Made by a program: the position numbers and the translations under genes. From assembly GCA_049999805.1 (NCBI GenBank), contig JBNGIO010006013.1, forward strand, positions 160,625 through 180,624: a DNA stretch of 20,000 bases, read 5' to 3'. The notes under the pieces are model-generated. The model was given only the letters and a program-made list of their open reading frames with translations, searched no databases and was not told the origin of the DNA. Every line of letters begins with the position of its first letter. Position 1 is the first letter of the stretch. Source of the stretch: Folioceros fuciformis. Taxonomy: Eukaryota. Shown in pieces: positions 1 through 11,150 of this stretch.

Positions 1-660
1 TTTGACTGTAAATCTTTGCCTAAGAATATGAGTGTCAGTAGCTATGGATGGGAAAAGGCATTCCCAAAATGCTAAGGCAGTTGAAGATAATGCTCGAAAA
101 TATGTCATAGCATAAAGAGCACCCCTAAGCGGATCCCTAGCCTTGTGCCTGTTGCTGAATCAAAAAATGAGACCTCCTCAATAGTTGGGCTATGTTGGTA
201 ATAGAGCTTGGATGGTAAGCCATAGAAGGAGTCTACGAAAGGGATGAGACTTGCCAATTGACCTCTTGCACTCTTGAGCTCTAAGAAGATGACAACCTTG
301 GAGAAAGTGTTGAAAGCATTCTCAATATCAACTTCCATGGCTACCTAGTGAGGATGTAACTCGAGGGTCGTCTAGATGCCGAAGGCAGTATATTCACACC
401 CATGTGGGTAGTGGTCCCAAATTGCTGGGGTGCAAGATGTGCTTGGAAGGGCTTCTGAAGTTGAATTGCGATACTTCAGTTGATAAGGCACAAAACACCT
501 CCCTCATAGCAATAGGACACTTTCTTGAGGTGGGCTTTGGCAACCCTAACAGCCTACTAGTTGCTAGAACTTGAAAGATTTGATTGGGAACTTTACCCCT
601 AGCCACAACAGTCGCTAGTGTATCAAGCTCTGAAAAACCACTTAAGGGATCCTCAACAGT
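1..660 (-). mobile_element. Decayed non-LTR retrotransposon reverse transcriptase fragment (CRE/SLACS-like clade), frameshifted with stops; continues off the left edge
   Basis: Minus-strand translation across frames gives RT motifs in the right order: TSRLLGLPKP..PIAMREVF, HLAPQQFG..GCE, VAMEVDIENAFN, LIPFVDSFYG, SATGTRLG/DPLRGALYAM (QGDPL motif) and FPSIATDTHIL (degenerate xADD). It has at least three frameshifts and several in-frame stops. The clade assignment is by motif recognition. Confidence 0.8.
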
Positions 661-954
661 CTAATTAGGCATAGAATTCCCAATCAAAATGGATCTACTT
701 TATATGTAAAGAAGAAGGAAAATTCAATGAAAGTCCACTAAAAACTTGATACTGAACTGTTGATTTGAAGGGCATGCTAGAGGGACCCTAAACCAGTGTG
801 GACGTTTAATCCCAAGAATATCTATGGTGTAAGCTAATTGAATCTTCACATAAACAAAATTCCGGTTGTTGCATGATGTCGTTTGGACAGAAGGTTTAAA
901 CATTTGCCATATTTTTGAACGCAACCTAACGACAAGGCCCTCCTGCGATTTTGT

Positions 955-963
955 AAACCCTAA
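955..963 (+). promoter_or_regulatory. Telo-box (AAACCCTAA) upstream of the RRP1-like gene
   Basis: Exact AAACCCTAA ~200 bp upstream of the ATG at 1163, with GGCCC (site II-like core) at 936-940. Telo-boxes are known to be enriched in plant ribosome biogenesis and translation gene promoters. Confidence 0.5.
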
Positions 964-1162
964 AGAGGTCGACGCGAGGCTTTTTCGGTGTCCGGCTGGT
1001 TGGCAGATTGTGCTGTAGTGTTGTATATAGCCGCAATTTGTCTACTGGTGTTTCAACATGAATTGTTGGCGTCTTGTAGGGCTAGCAGTTGCTGCAATCG
1101 AGTGACTAAAAGCGCTCGCTGGAAGAAGGCCTGGTGAGCTTGGCCAGCAGAGTTGGTTACAA

Positions 1163-3154
1163 ATGGGGGTTGAGGGGGATGGCATTCGGGGATTGTCGAG
1201 GAAGCTGGCCTCGTCGGAGAAGAAGGAGCGGGACAAGGCTCTGAAGCTGTTTAGTCGTTGGTTGACAGCTCAGAGGGACTTGGAAGAAGAGGATATGATG
1301 AAAATATGGAAAGCTCTCTTCTACTGCGTGTGGCATGCGGACAAGGCGCCAGTTCAGGAGGATTTGGCGGAAAAAGTGGCTTCTCTGCTAGAGAGCTTGA
1401 GTCCCAAGGCGTCATTGCAATATCTGCGGACTTGTCTGGTCACCATGAGGAGGGAATGGGCAGGAATTGATCGGTTGCGCTTAGATAAGTTCTGTTTGCT
1501 GCTCAGGAAGTGCGTGAATCATGTGTTTGTGGCTCTTGAGAAGGGTAGGTGGGACGTGGACAGGGTTAAGGAGTACATGGATGGGTGTCTGGGCATGGCG
1601 CTTTTGGCTCAAGATAAGCATGCGGCGGATGGGGTCAGCCTTCATTTGGCAGACGTCTATGTGGAGGAGCTTCGCAAGTTTCTACCCATCTCAGCTGATG
1701 TTTTTGTGCTGCTGCTGGAGCCCTTTGCTAGCACTCTTGCCCGAGGCTCGTCCAAGGTTGTGCTGGCGAGGGTGAAGCAGGCGGTGTTCGAGGCTTTGCT
1801 GGAGGATGGGAACCAATATGCGGATAGGATGCTGTTGCAAGGTGGACAGGACAAAGAGGCTGACGCAACTAGCTTCGGGAACCTCCTCGTCACTTCCACT
1901 CTAAGAGCTCGTCTGTTTGAGCTAGCCTCTGCCCTGTCTACTCCCCAGGCCAACCGGAAGACTCTTTTTGAATTGTATGACGCGTTTACGCGGCTTGATC
2001 TTAAAGTATCTGCTTTGAGATTACAGATGCCAAAAGATATCATCTCCTTGGAGAAGGCGCCCAGAAGAAGCTCGCTGAGGAGGAAGGAAAAAGCTGCCAA
2101 CGAGTCTCCCCAGGCCCCCATCATCATCGAGACTGTTGAGAAGGCTGTGGATGATCATGGGCATGCTCAGGACGTTGAGCCCACCAGGAAGGCGAAGAAG
2201 CGTGCAGGTGCGGAGTTGAGTATGAGGTGTCGTGTGGGTGGAAAGCGGAATTCTGCAGACGTCAATGGATCTGGCTCTGAGAGTGCTGAATTGAGCACGC
2301 CGGGTCCTTTGAGGAGGAAGTCTCCTAGGAAAGTAGCCCGTAGGAATGTGGAGGAAATGCCTGAGGTGGAGAAAGCAGGGAGGCCTGATGAAATTGGCCA
2401 GAATGAGGCTGACAGCTCTGTGGGAGAGGAGAGCAGTTTAAGGCGGCCCCGGAAAGGTGCAAAGGGATCTATAAGGGGAACTAAGAAGAAGGCAAGACAA
2501 GGGAGGGATGAGGCTGACGGAGGTTTGAGCCTAAGCTCTCTTATCCAGCAGGAATGTGTTTCTTCAGTCCGTACTGCCTTTGGTCTGGGTCTGGCTCAAG
2601 GAGTGTCAGAAAATGGCAATGGGTGCTCTGCAACCATTGTTGATGGGGCAAGGGAAGAGCCATCCGAGCGAGGTTGGGAAGGCGATGTGTGTGTGGACCA
2701 ATCTGTCGTCTCCAACCTTGAGAAGTCGATTGCCTCCATATCTCTCCGCGCAGCAGCAGCAGCAGCAGCAGCAGCAGATGGTCATACTGACCTCAATGGC
2801 GTTGGTGGGAAAAGGAAGAGGAAGCGGGTATCTGGTGAAAATGTGTCTCCTCTTTCTGCAGGCGGTGGTGCAGCCACTCAGGCTGAGGCAGATACGCCCA
2901 AGCCCAAGAAGAAGGTTAGGATCTCACTGAAGAACAACATAGTCTGGAAGCCTCACTGTGGTCCCCTGCCTCCTCAGATCATGCGAACACCTCCTGCTGC
3001 CACTCCCCGAGGAAGTGCTATGAAGCCAGGTGTTCCTCCGGGTCCTGTGATCATGGGCAAAATACATGTCAAAGGCTTGCCTAAGACCAGAACCAAGACG
3101 AGAACATTTTTACTGCGTAGAATGAATACTCGCAGATCCAGGAGCCGTATCTAG
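1163..3154 (+). CDS. RRP1: Ribosomal RNA processing protein 1 (RRP1/Nop52) homolog, 663 aa, intronless CDS
   Basis: N-terminal Nop52 domain motifs (KLASSEKKERDKAL, KIWKALFYCVWHADKAPVQ, TMRREWAGIDRLRLDKF), then a K/R-rich low-complexity region and a plant-type C-terminal motif (KKKVRISLKNNIVWKPH.PLPP..MRTPP.ATPRGSAMKPGVPPGP). Confidence 0.92.
   Translation: MGVEGDGIRGLSRKLASSEKKERDKALKLFSRWLTAQRDLEEEDMMKIWKALFYCVWHADKAPVQEDLAEKVASLLESLSPKASLQYLRTCLVTMRREWAGIDRLRLDKFCLLLRKCVNHVFVALEKGRWDVDRVKEYMDGCLGMALLAQDKHAADGVSLHLADVYVEELRKFLPISADVFVLLLEPFASTLARGSSKVVLARVKQAVFEALLEDGNQYADRMLLQGGQDKEADATSFGNLLVTSTLRARLFELASALSTPQANRKTLFELYDAFTRLDLKVSALRLQMPKDIISLEKAPRRSSLRRKEKAANESPQAPIIIETVEKAVDDHGHAQDVEPTRKAKKRAGAELSMRCRVGGKRNSADVNGSGSESAELSTPGPLRRKSPRKVARRNVEEMPEVEKAGRPDEIGQNEADSSVGEESSLRRPRKGAKGSIRGTKKKARQGRDEADGGLSLSSLIQQECVSSVRTAFGLGLAQGVSENGNGCSATIVDGAREEPSERGWEGDVCVDQSVVSNLEKSIASISLRAAAAAAAAADGHTDLNGVGGKRKRKRVSGENVSPLSAGGGAATQAEADTPKPKKKVRISLKNNIVWKPHCGPLPPQIMRTPPAATPRGSAMKPGVPPGPVIMGKIHVKGLPKTRTKTRTFLLRRMNTRRSRSRI
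2750..2776 (+). repeat. (GCA)9 microsatellite encoding poly-Ala in RRP1
   Basis: Nine perfect GCA units, read in frame as AAAAAAAAA. Confidence 0.9.
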
Positions 3155-3472
3155 GTTATTGGTGCAAGGTGTCTAGTTCACATATCTTTAGAGGGCGTTG
3201 TTGTATTGGAATGAGAATGTCGGTAGATTTCCGAGAGCCTCCTCTTCTGAGGAGTGGGTGTCCTATCTGGCCAGTGAGTCAGTTCTGGGGAGGGAGAGAT
3301 CCCTACTGAGAGCCTCCCGACGGTCCCACCAGGTTTTTGGACTGTGAGAGATTGAGGGATCCGGCCTTGCTTTGGAAGTATCCGCCCTGGATATGGGCTG
3401 CCCCCTGCGCGAGACAGGGCGCTGTCGGAGATCACAATGTCGTTTTAAGATCCACAGCAGCGTGGCATTTAG

Positions 3473-3636
3473 GGCTGAAGCTAAAGATAACCTGGCCAGC
3501 CGCGGGGCCCGCCACCTCCATGGCATGGTGAGCCATGACCCTCCCGCTCTCCATCTCTCCTCTCTCCTATACCTACGGAGTTCTCCCACGGCCAGTCGTG
3601 TATCGACTGTCTCGCAAAACCGGGTTTGAGTTTTGA
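3473..3636 (+). repeat. Left TIR of MULE
   Basis: Reverse complement of 4403-4571. The outer ~115 bp differ by two substitutions and a 1-nt indel. Confidence 0.9.
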
Positions 3637-4402
3637 GCCTGCCTCAGCGGAAATGTTCGAGACGGACGATGAGCAGGAGGATGAGAATCAGAACGAGGTT
3701 GACGAGGATTCCTATTCTCTCAAGAGGCCAGGTTTCCTACTCTCTCAAGAGGCGAGGGCGGGGGAAAAACGATGGCCGTGCCAAGGTATGGTTGCTGTAA
3801 TTTCTGGAGTCCGTGTGGGAAGATGTTTGGGGAATTGGGGAGAACATGTTCTCTTTCACAGACCTCTTGAACGAACGCGATGGTACGTAAGTCTAAAGGT
3901 CCATAACCACACCATAACCTGTAGAACACATATTGTGAGACACAAGGCATCAGCTGACGTACCTCACCAAGATTGAGTGAGTCATAACTCGTGAGTTTGC
4001 AGGCCGTATCGTGCTTGGGAAATAGAGGTCCCCCAGCAACAATTGCGTTCTTCTTACTGCTCATGTGAGGGCTTGAGACAGCTCTCCCATCCCCCGTAAT
4101 GAAATCTGGTACACGCACTCACAGGATGAAAGCTGTCCGCATTTCCTTTTCCACACTTGGCGCAGAGCTATGTCTGTATTTGCAACATTTCCAATCCAGA
4201 GCAGTGAAAGCAAACAAACCAGGCGGCACACCCTGCACCACGAACGCAATCTGCGGGCATTTCGGCAGACATCAGACCGCACTTTCAGCAGTTTACTTCA
4301 ACCAGCGGGGCAACTTTCAGTGTTTGACATAAACGTGTTCAAGCCGTCCAGAACCGGGTTTAGGGTTGATTGAACTGTCTCACCGAAACGATCCGGTTTC
4401 GT

Positions 4403-4571
4403 TCAAAACTCAAACCCGTGAGACGAAGTCAGTACACGACTGGCCGTATGTATTCAAGGGAGAACTCCGTAGGTATGGGAGAGAGGAGAGATGGAGAGCG
4501 GGAGGTCATGGCTCACCATGCCATGGAGGTGGCGGGCCCCGCGGCTGGCCAGGCTATCTTTAGCTTCAGCC
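4403..4571 (-). repeat. Right TIR of MULE
   Basis: Reverse complement of 3473-3636, with an extra 10 nt (ATGTATTCAA) in its inner part. Confidence 0.9.
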
Positions 4572-5023
4572 GGCATTTAGTGGGACAAATACTGGACACA
4601 ACAGGACAAATCTGTCGTAATGCCGATCCCCCCTTACGTCACGCAGCCGGCACGGCCGGGATGTGTCCCCTGGTGGGTCACCGAGGGCGACGACGACGTT
4701 ACTTCCAACTCCGGCTCGGACGCTGTCTTAGTCTCGCCGCAGACGTTCTTGTGCTGTCTAGAAGGATTTGAGAATTCTTTGAAGACAGGGAATCGTGATT
4801 GAGGACGGGCTACAGGTAGGATCACACTCCCAGATTCTGCATATGCTACCGATGGGTGGGGCTGTGGACGAGTGCGCGGAGGGAAGCAGACGCGGGCGTT
4901 TTTGCGGGAAGGATTACAAGAGGGATTCTGGTAGTCCAAGGACGTTGAGAATTCCTCAAACTTGAAGACTAGACTGGACTGCACTGGTGGTGCTGTCGCG
5001 AGCAGCCGAGCAGGGGTATTTGA

Positions 5024-6397
<1,374 letters not shown>

Positions 6398-6831
6398 GTA
6401 CGTGTTCTACCTGGCCCATTCTTGATGACGTTCCAGATGGACCTTGCGCACATCTCACTGTGACACGTCTACGTCTGGGCATTAAAAAGGCAGCGGGTAA
6501 TGAATGCGATCGATGCCTCATGGGCGTGATCCGCTTGTGTCAAAGTGGGTTGAGCACTAAACTCGTCAGCTACCCAAAATGTTGACACCAGGGTGATCGC
6601 CTCGTTTGCGAGCTACGAAGAAGCAGAGATCTGGGGTGCTTGTAGTGCAAAACACGGAGAGATCATGCGCAGTTTGATTGCTTGGACCGTGCGGGCACCG
6701 ATGTCCCATATGAAGCCAATGTTGTCTGATGAGACTGACAAACTAAACAGTGACGAGCATTCTGCTTCGTACGGAGGACCCAATAAAGGATTATCTCGAG
6801 TTGTTTGCATCCCTGTGATTTGACAAGTTAT

Positions 6832-9238
6832 TCATCGCATCTCTTGGGGTGTGTCGGTCACGCTGCACTGATAACAACGTTGGAAAATCCCAAACGAGTG
6901 CACTTGTGTAACGATGCTGGAGATGCTAGCCCAGCTACCGAATCCCGTTCCCAAGACGAGAATCACTGCTACGATGGATGAGTTGATAAACACCATCCCA
7001 GGCCATGGAGGCATCCACTTTCTGGGTTTTTCCGCTGCATTCTGCAAAAGATGCACAGCTCACTCCCATGAGTCGCACACACCAGTTGTCATCAAATAAC
7101 TCTCACTTTGGACGGGCAGCATCCGGCTCACTTGTCTTGCACCCGAGTTTTTGAAGGTGATGAGATACGCAGTGCAGGGAATGATGTGGGTAGCGATACT
7201 GGTGATGAGCGAGCCGATGAGGGAGTTGAGAGGTCCGAAGAAGGGGAATGCCAAAGCAATACACCATAAGAGCACGGCGATGGGTATCCTAGCCAGCACC
7301 CTCCACAGGAAGCGAGACTGGTGCACTCCCACTGTCTTCTCCCACGTGAGGTTGAGAGGCACCATGTACATCCCGAAGGCTATTGCCTGGGACGAACGAG
7401 CCCGTGAATGCAAGACTGTCAGCACATGTCTCCATCACCGAACATTGTTTAGAGCTGCATCAAAAGCTGAAGCTAGAAAAGGACTCGGAGCTGATGTGAA
7501 CACCACCTGATGAACGACCATGAGAATGATGCCGGCATCACGGAAGCTGGATTTTGGGAGAACCGCAAAGGCATTGGAGTTATGGAGTAACTTGTCTCCG
7601 TAAGCCCAGTAAACTGCCACAGAATGTGGCATAGTGATTGTGAGCACGTATGCCACTGTGAGTACATACACCAATTTGTAGCTTTTGGGCCTCCACATGG
7701 CATGCATTATCTCTCTGCATCAATTTGAAAGTGGGTTTCGCACTGAGCATGATTCAGTCTTTCACACAGCACCTGGGATGCAGGGCTGGGATGTAGGGAG
7801 TGGGAGTCTAAGACTTACACCGTGATGGCATGACCGCCGAACGCGAACAGCAGGTTTGTTGTGCCGGTGAAGAAGAGTTGGAGACTCTGAGGTCCCGAGT
7901 GCTTCACGTCCTTCACCTGTAAACGTAGTGCGTCATCTGGCGTCTGTGAGCTTGGCATACAAGTTCAGAAATTTTGCACTTTTCTGTCTGCAAACTGACG
8001 GCATCGCACGTGTGTAAAGGGCGGCTGGTACAGGTTTCAACCTGGCCGGATGTGACAGCTGCGAAGAACATGTACCACGCTGTGTATGTGGTTGTGATGG
8101 CTCCTACAAACGAAAACACGCGGTAGTTGTAGATTGTGGGGATGAGCACCGCCACCATGGACATTGCTCCGAATACTATCGTCCACTGCCGCTTGTCCAG
8201 GCCATGCGTGCCGTCCAGGTAGTATAGATTGCTGTGCACAGTGAATTGAGTGGTGCATTGTTTAGCGAACCAATGGGTGGAGGATCTTCGAAAAATGTTT
8301 TCTATTCTCCCTCCCTGCCTTCACCTGGCACAGGCGATGAGCTGAACCACAGCCATGGACCCCATAGACATAGAATTGAAGAAAACGGCAGCCAGGCGAG
8401 CCCATGGTCCCAACAAGTAGCCCATCACCTCTGGATACTGATCACGCAAGGACACGATGAAGAGAATACTTCAGTCTCGAATTTCACGGGGCCAAAAACA
8501 TTGCTGCATCATGCACACATCTGCAGGATGGTTACCCCCTAGGCCCACGAGACACCTGGGTGACACCTATAGCACTGACCTGAATGACATGGTGCTTGAA
8601 GGTAATTCCCTCGCTCTCCCGCCGCTTCCTGTACTCAAGGTACAGTGCAGAGAGAAGGTAGCAGGTCCAGACACCGATGCCTGCATAAAGAAGCTGGAAG
8701 AAAATGCCGAGCGCCATGCCAGTCTGTGCGAACGAGGACGGCATCGAGAGGATTACTTGACCAACCTGCATTCAGAGCAAGACACTTGTCAAGCCCTTTG
8801 AGCGCTGGTCACAGCCACGCACACTTCACAATTTATACCATTACGCAGGCCATGGACATGGTTATTCTGGACAGTTTTTCGTACTTGAACAGAGACCGCA
8901 TTCAACCAGGCATCATACACAGAGCCGCCGTGCCAGACTACGAGTTTCCAGTACAAGCTGGCGGCGTCCGTGCACCCACTCATTCCCGAGCCTTGTTCTT
9001 CCTCCTGAAGCACCTTGTGGTGATCATAAGCCTGGTGGTGAGTGACGTGGTGCTGGGGGGAGCTCGCAGCTGCACCAGCCAGAGGCAGCAGGTTGACACG
9101 CGAAAGACTTTGAGACATATCCACTACGCATTGATGCGCATTCAGCGCTTTCATTGGCGCTCGTGAGACCGGTACTGCTGATGAACCAGTTGCAACATCG
9201 GCACCATTCTGATGATTAGGTGACCCAGTTTTCCCCAT
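6832..9238 (-). CDS. LAX: AUX1/LAX-like auxin influx carrier / amino acid permease (copy A, divergent), 8 exons, ~537 aa
   Basis: Manually spliced exons, all GT-AG and frame-consistent: 9238-8885, 8765-8580, 8437-8325, 8231-8042, 7916-7819, 7714-7507, 7386-7132, 7041-6832. AUX1/LAX motifs include WHGGSVYDAW, LYLEYR, QLIACASN, TTYTAWY, FGGHAITVEIMHAMWRP, FPFFGP, NAAEKP and CYQC. The start codon could be a downstream ATG in exon 1. Confidence 0.92.
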
Positions 9239-10537
9239 CGCTCAACGATCAGAGGCTTCAGACTACCAGCGATGGAGGAAGCAACACTCAGCCATTACAC
9301 GCCTTCCTGTCAGACAATGACCCAAGTCTAGATAGCTCATTGACTTGCACTCCATATCACGCTGTGTCTAAAGCCATTCAAGGCCGACCACTCTCCAACA
9401 AGCATGAGACGGCGGCATACATGAAAGCCCCCTTCCACCGATCTCAGCACTGCTACAACATAGCCATCCAAAATCTGGAGCCCAGACGCCACGCTCTGCC
9501 TACTCTTCAGTAGCCGCTGCTGCTGTGTGCGCAGGGCTCCTCAAGGCTTAGTTTGCAACCTCGCCTGAGCTCGTGGCATTTATACATCCAGCCAGAGCAG
9601 TGGAGTCCAAGGGCTGGAATTTTCCATCCCGGCATCTCTCGGTAAGCAGCAGGCCGGAATCGGCCTGGTTATACGCGCAGGTTGTAACCAACCCAGCGAC
9701 GACAGCATAGCCAGGTGCAGATAGCACGCCCGGTCCTGCGCTGATAAGTACGAGTGCGGGTCTGTACCATTCACTCGTGACGAAGAATGAAAAATTGTAT
9801 TATAGTCCACTTGGCCAGAATTGTTCCTGCCTTGGGACCTGGTTCCCAACAATTACCAACTTGTACCATGGTGTGCTCGTGACTACCCAAGTTCCTCCCA
9901 ACTGGCCGGCTCGTGACGCCCCTCGCTTTCTGCACCACCAGCCGGTTCCCCCAACTGACCCCACCCTGAACCCACCGTATGGCTGGTCCTATTACCTGGA
10001 CGTGGGCTGATTCATGTCCAATTTCCCTCCTTGATGCGCCCGTCCTCGACATGGAATGCACGTCGAAATATCTCCTAATTACGGGAAGAAGACAGGTGAA
10101 AAAATCGGTCCACCCACAAAACGATGTGTGGATCCCGCGGATGGATTATGGCACAGCCGGTTCCTTTGGCCTTGTTTGTTCAGGAGTTCATACAGCTGCT
10201 GATTTCGTTTGTGTTCTACGTGTCTGCACTTGTTGTGCCCCTGGCGTTTCGAGCATCTGGTTGATGCTCGTAGCAGACATCGCAGCACCCTAAACCCTCG
10301 TCTCCCTGGAGCCCCTGGCCCCAGCCTAGCATGGGGCTCTGGGCGCCGCCAAGCTTTTACTGAGAGTTCCTACCAGAGCATCAGCATTAGAATCATTCTG
10401 TGAACTCGGTCTCAAGTCCGGGGTAGAGCTTGCGACCTAGCTATGGTCAGTATTACTAATAAGCGCGTAGTCATATTAGGTCGAGGCTACTCGACGCAGT
10501 GTGAGCGGGGTACCCTGTTCCTGACATACATACGTAC

Positions 10538-10669
10538 TGACGTAAGTCTGTTAGGGTTACGTCATTCCGAATCCTTGTGGGCCGTTTAGGGGCTACGTCA
10601 TTCCAAAGCGTTTTGGGTTCCGTCGCGCCGGACCCTTTTCGTATTGACGTCATGCCCAAGCCTTTTGGC
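10538..10669. repeat. Cluster of four TGACG/ACGTCA motifs, including three imperfect 23-bp direct repeats
   Basis: ACGTCATTCCGAATCCTTGTGGG (10559), ACGTCATTCCAAAGCGTTTTGGG (10595) and ACGTCATGCCCAAGCCTTTTGGC (10647), plus inverted TGACGTAA (10538-10545) / TTACGTCA (10557-10564). Confidence 0.65.
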
Positions 10670-11150
10670 GGCATGCAGTCTTAACTGAACTTAATATAAG
10701 GTAGATTATTATGGTTTAACCTGGATCGTAACGTTTGCTCACCTCGATTGCGATCATTGCCTCTTGAAGACGTGTATCCCATTGTCCGTGCCCGGAAAGA
10801 TCTAGACACTATTGGAAGTGTTTAACGATGAAGACTAGATTCCCACAAAGATTAGCCATCTGCGAAAGGAGTTTGAGTTGAGCAGGAGAGCTGGTACCCA
10901 TCCCGCTTCCACATGCTGCCATGGGTAGGAAGCTAGTAGGCCAGGCAACATGCTAGAATCCACTCGAACTACAAGGAATTTCATGTGACGAGTAAACCCG
11001 ATTACGCGCCAAATTACTCCATTATAAAAAAACAAATTCCTAAGGTGCGGACGCCTGCCTCCAGGCTGCAACCGTTAATCCTCCACAGTGCGTGCCGCTG
11101 CGCCATGCCATTGGGCACGCTGCGGAGAGCACAGGCGCCTGAAAGATTTC

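Larger units (their letters stand above)
3473..4571. mobile_element. Non-autonomous Mutator-like DNA transposon (MULE; possible Pack-MULE), 1099 bp
   Basis: Terminal inverted repeats at 3473-3636 and 4403-4571 (GGCTGAAGCTAAAGAT...ATCTTTAGCTTCAGCC). An exact 9-bp direct repeat GGCATTTAG abuts both ends (3464-3472 and 4572-4580). Long TIRs plus a 9-bp TSD are characteristic of the Mutator superfamily. No recognisable transposase ORF inside. Confidence 0.88.

Noticed and set aside
3263-4771. ORFs 3263-3589(-), 4366-4563(+) and 4370-4771(+) sharing the peptide GELRRY..EERWRAGG
   Set aside because: The similarity is just the translation of the two MULE TIRs, not duplicated genes.
10559-10669. CRISPR-like array from three 23-bp repeats
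   Set aside because: The repeats are degenerate, the spacers are unequal (13 and 29 nt), there are no cas genes, and the context is eukaryotic.
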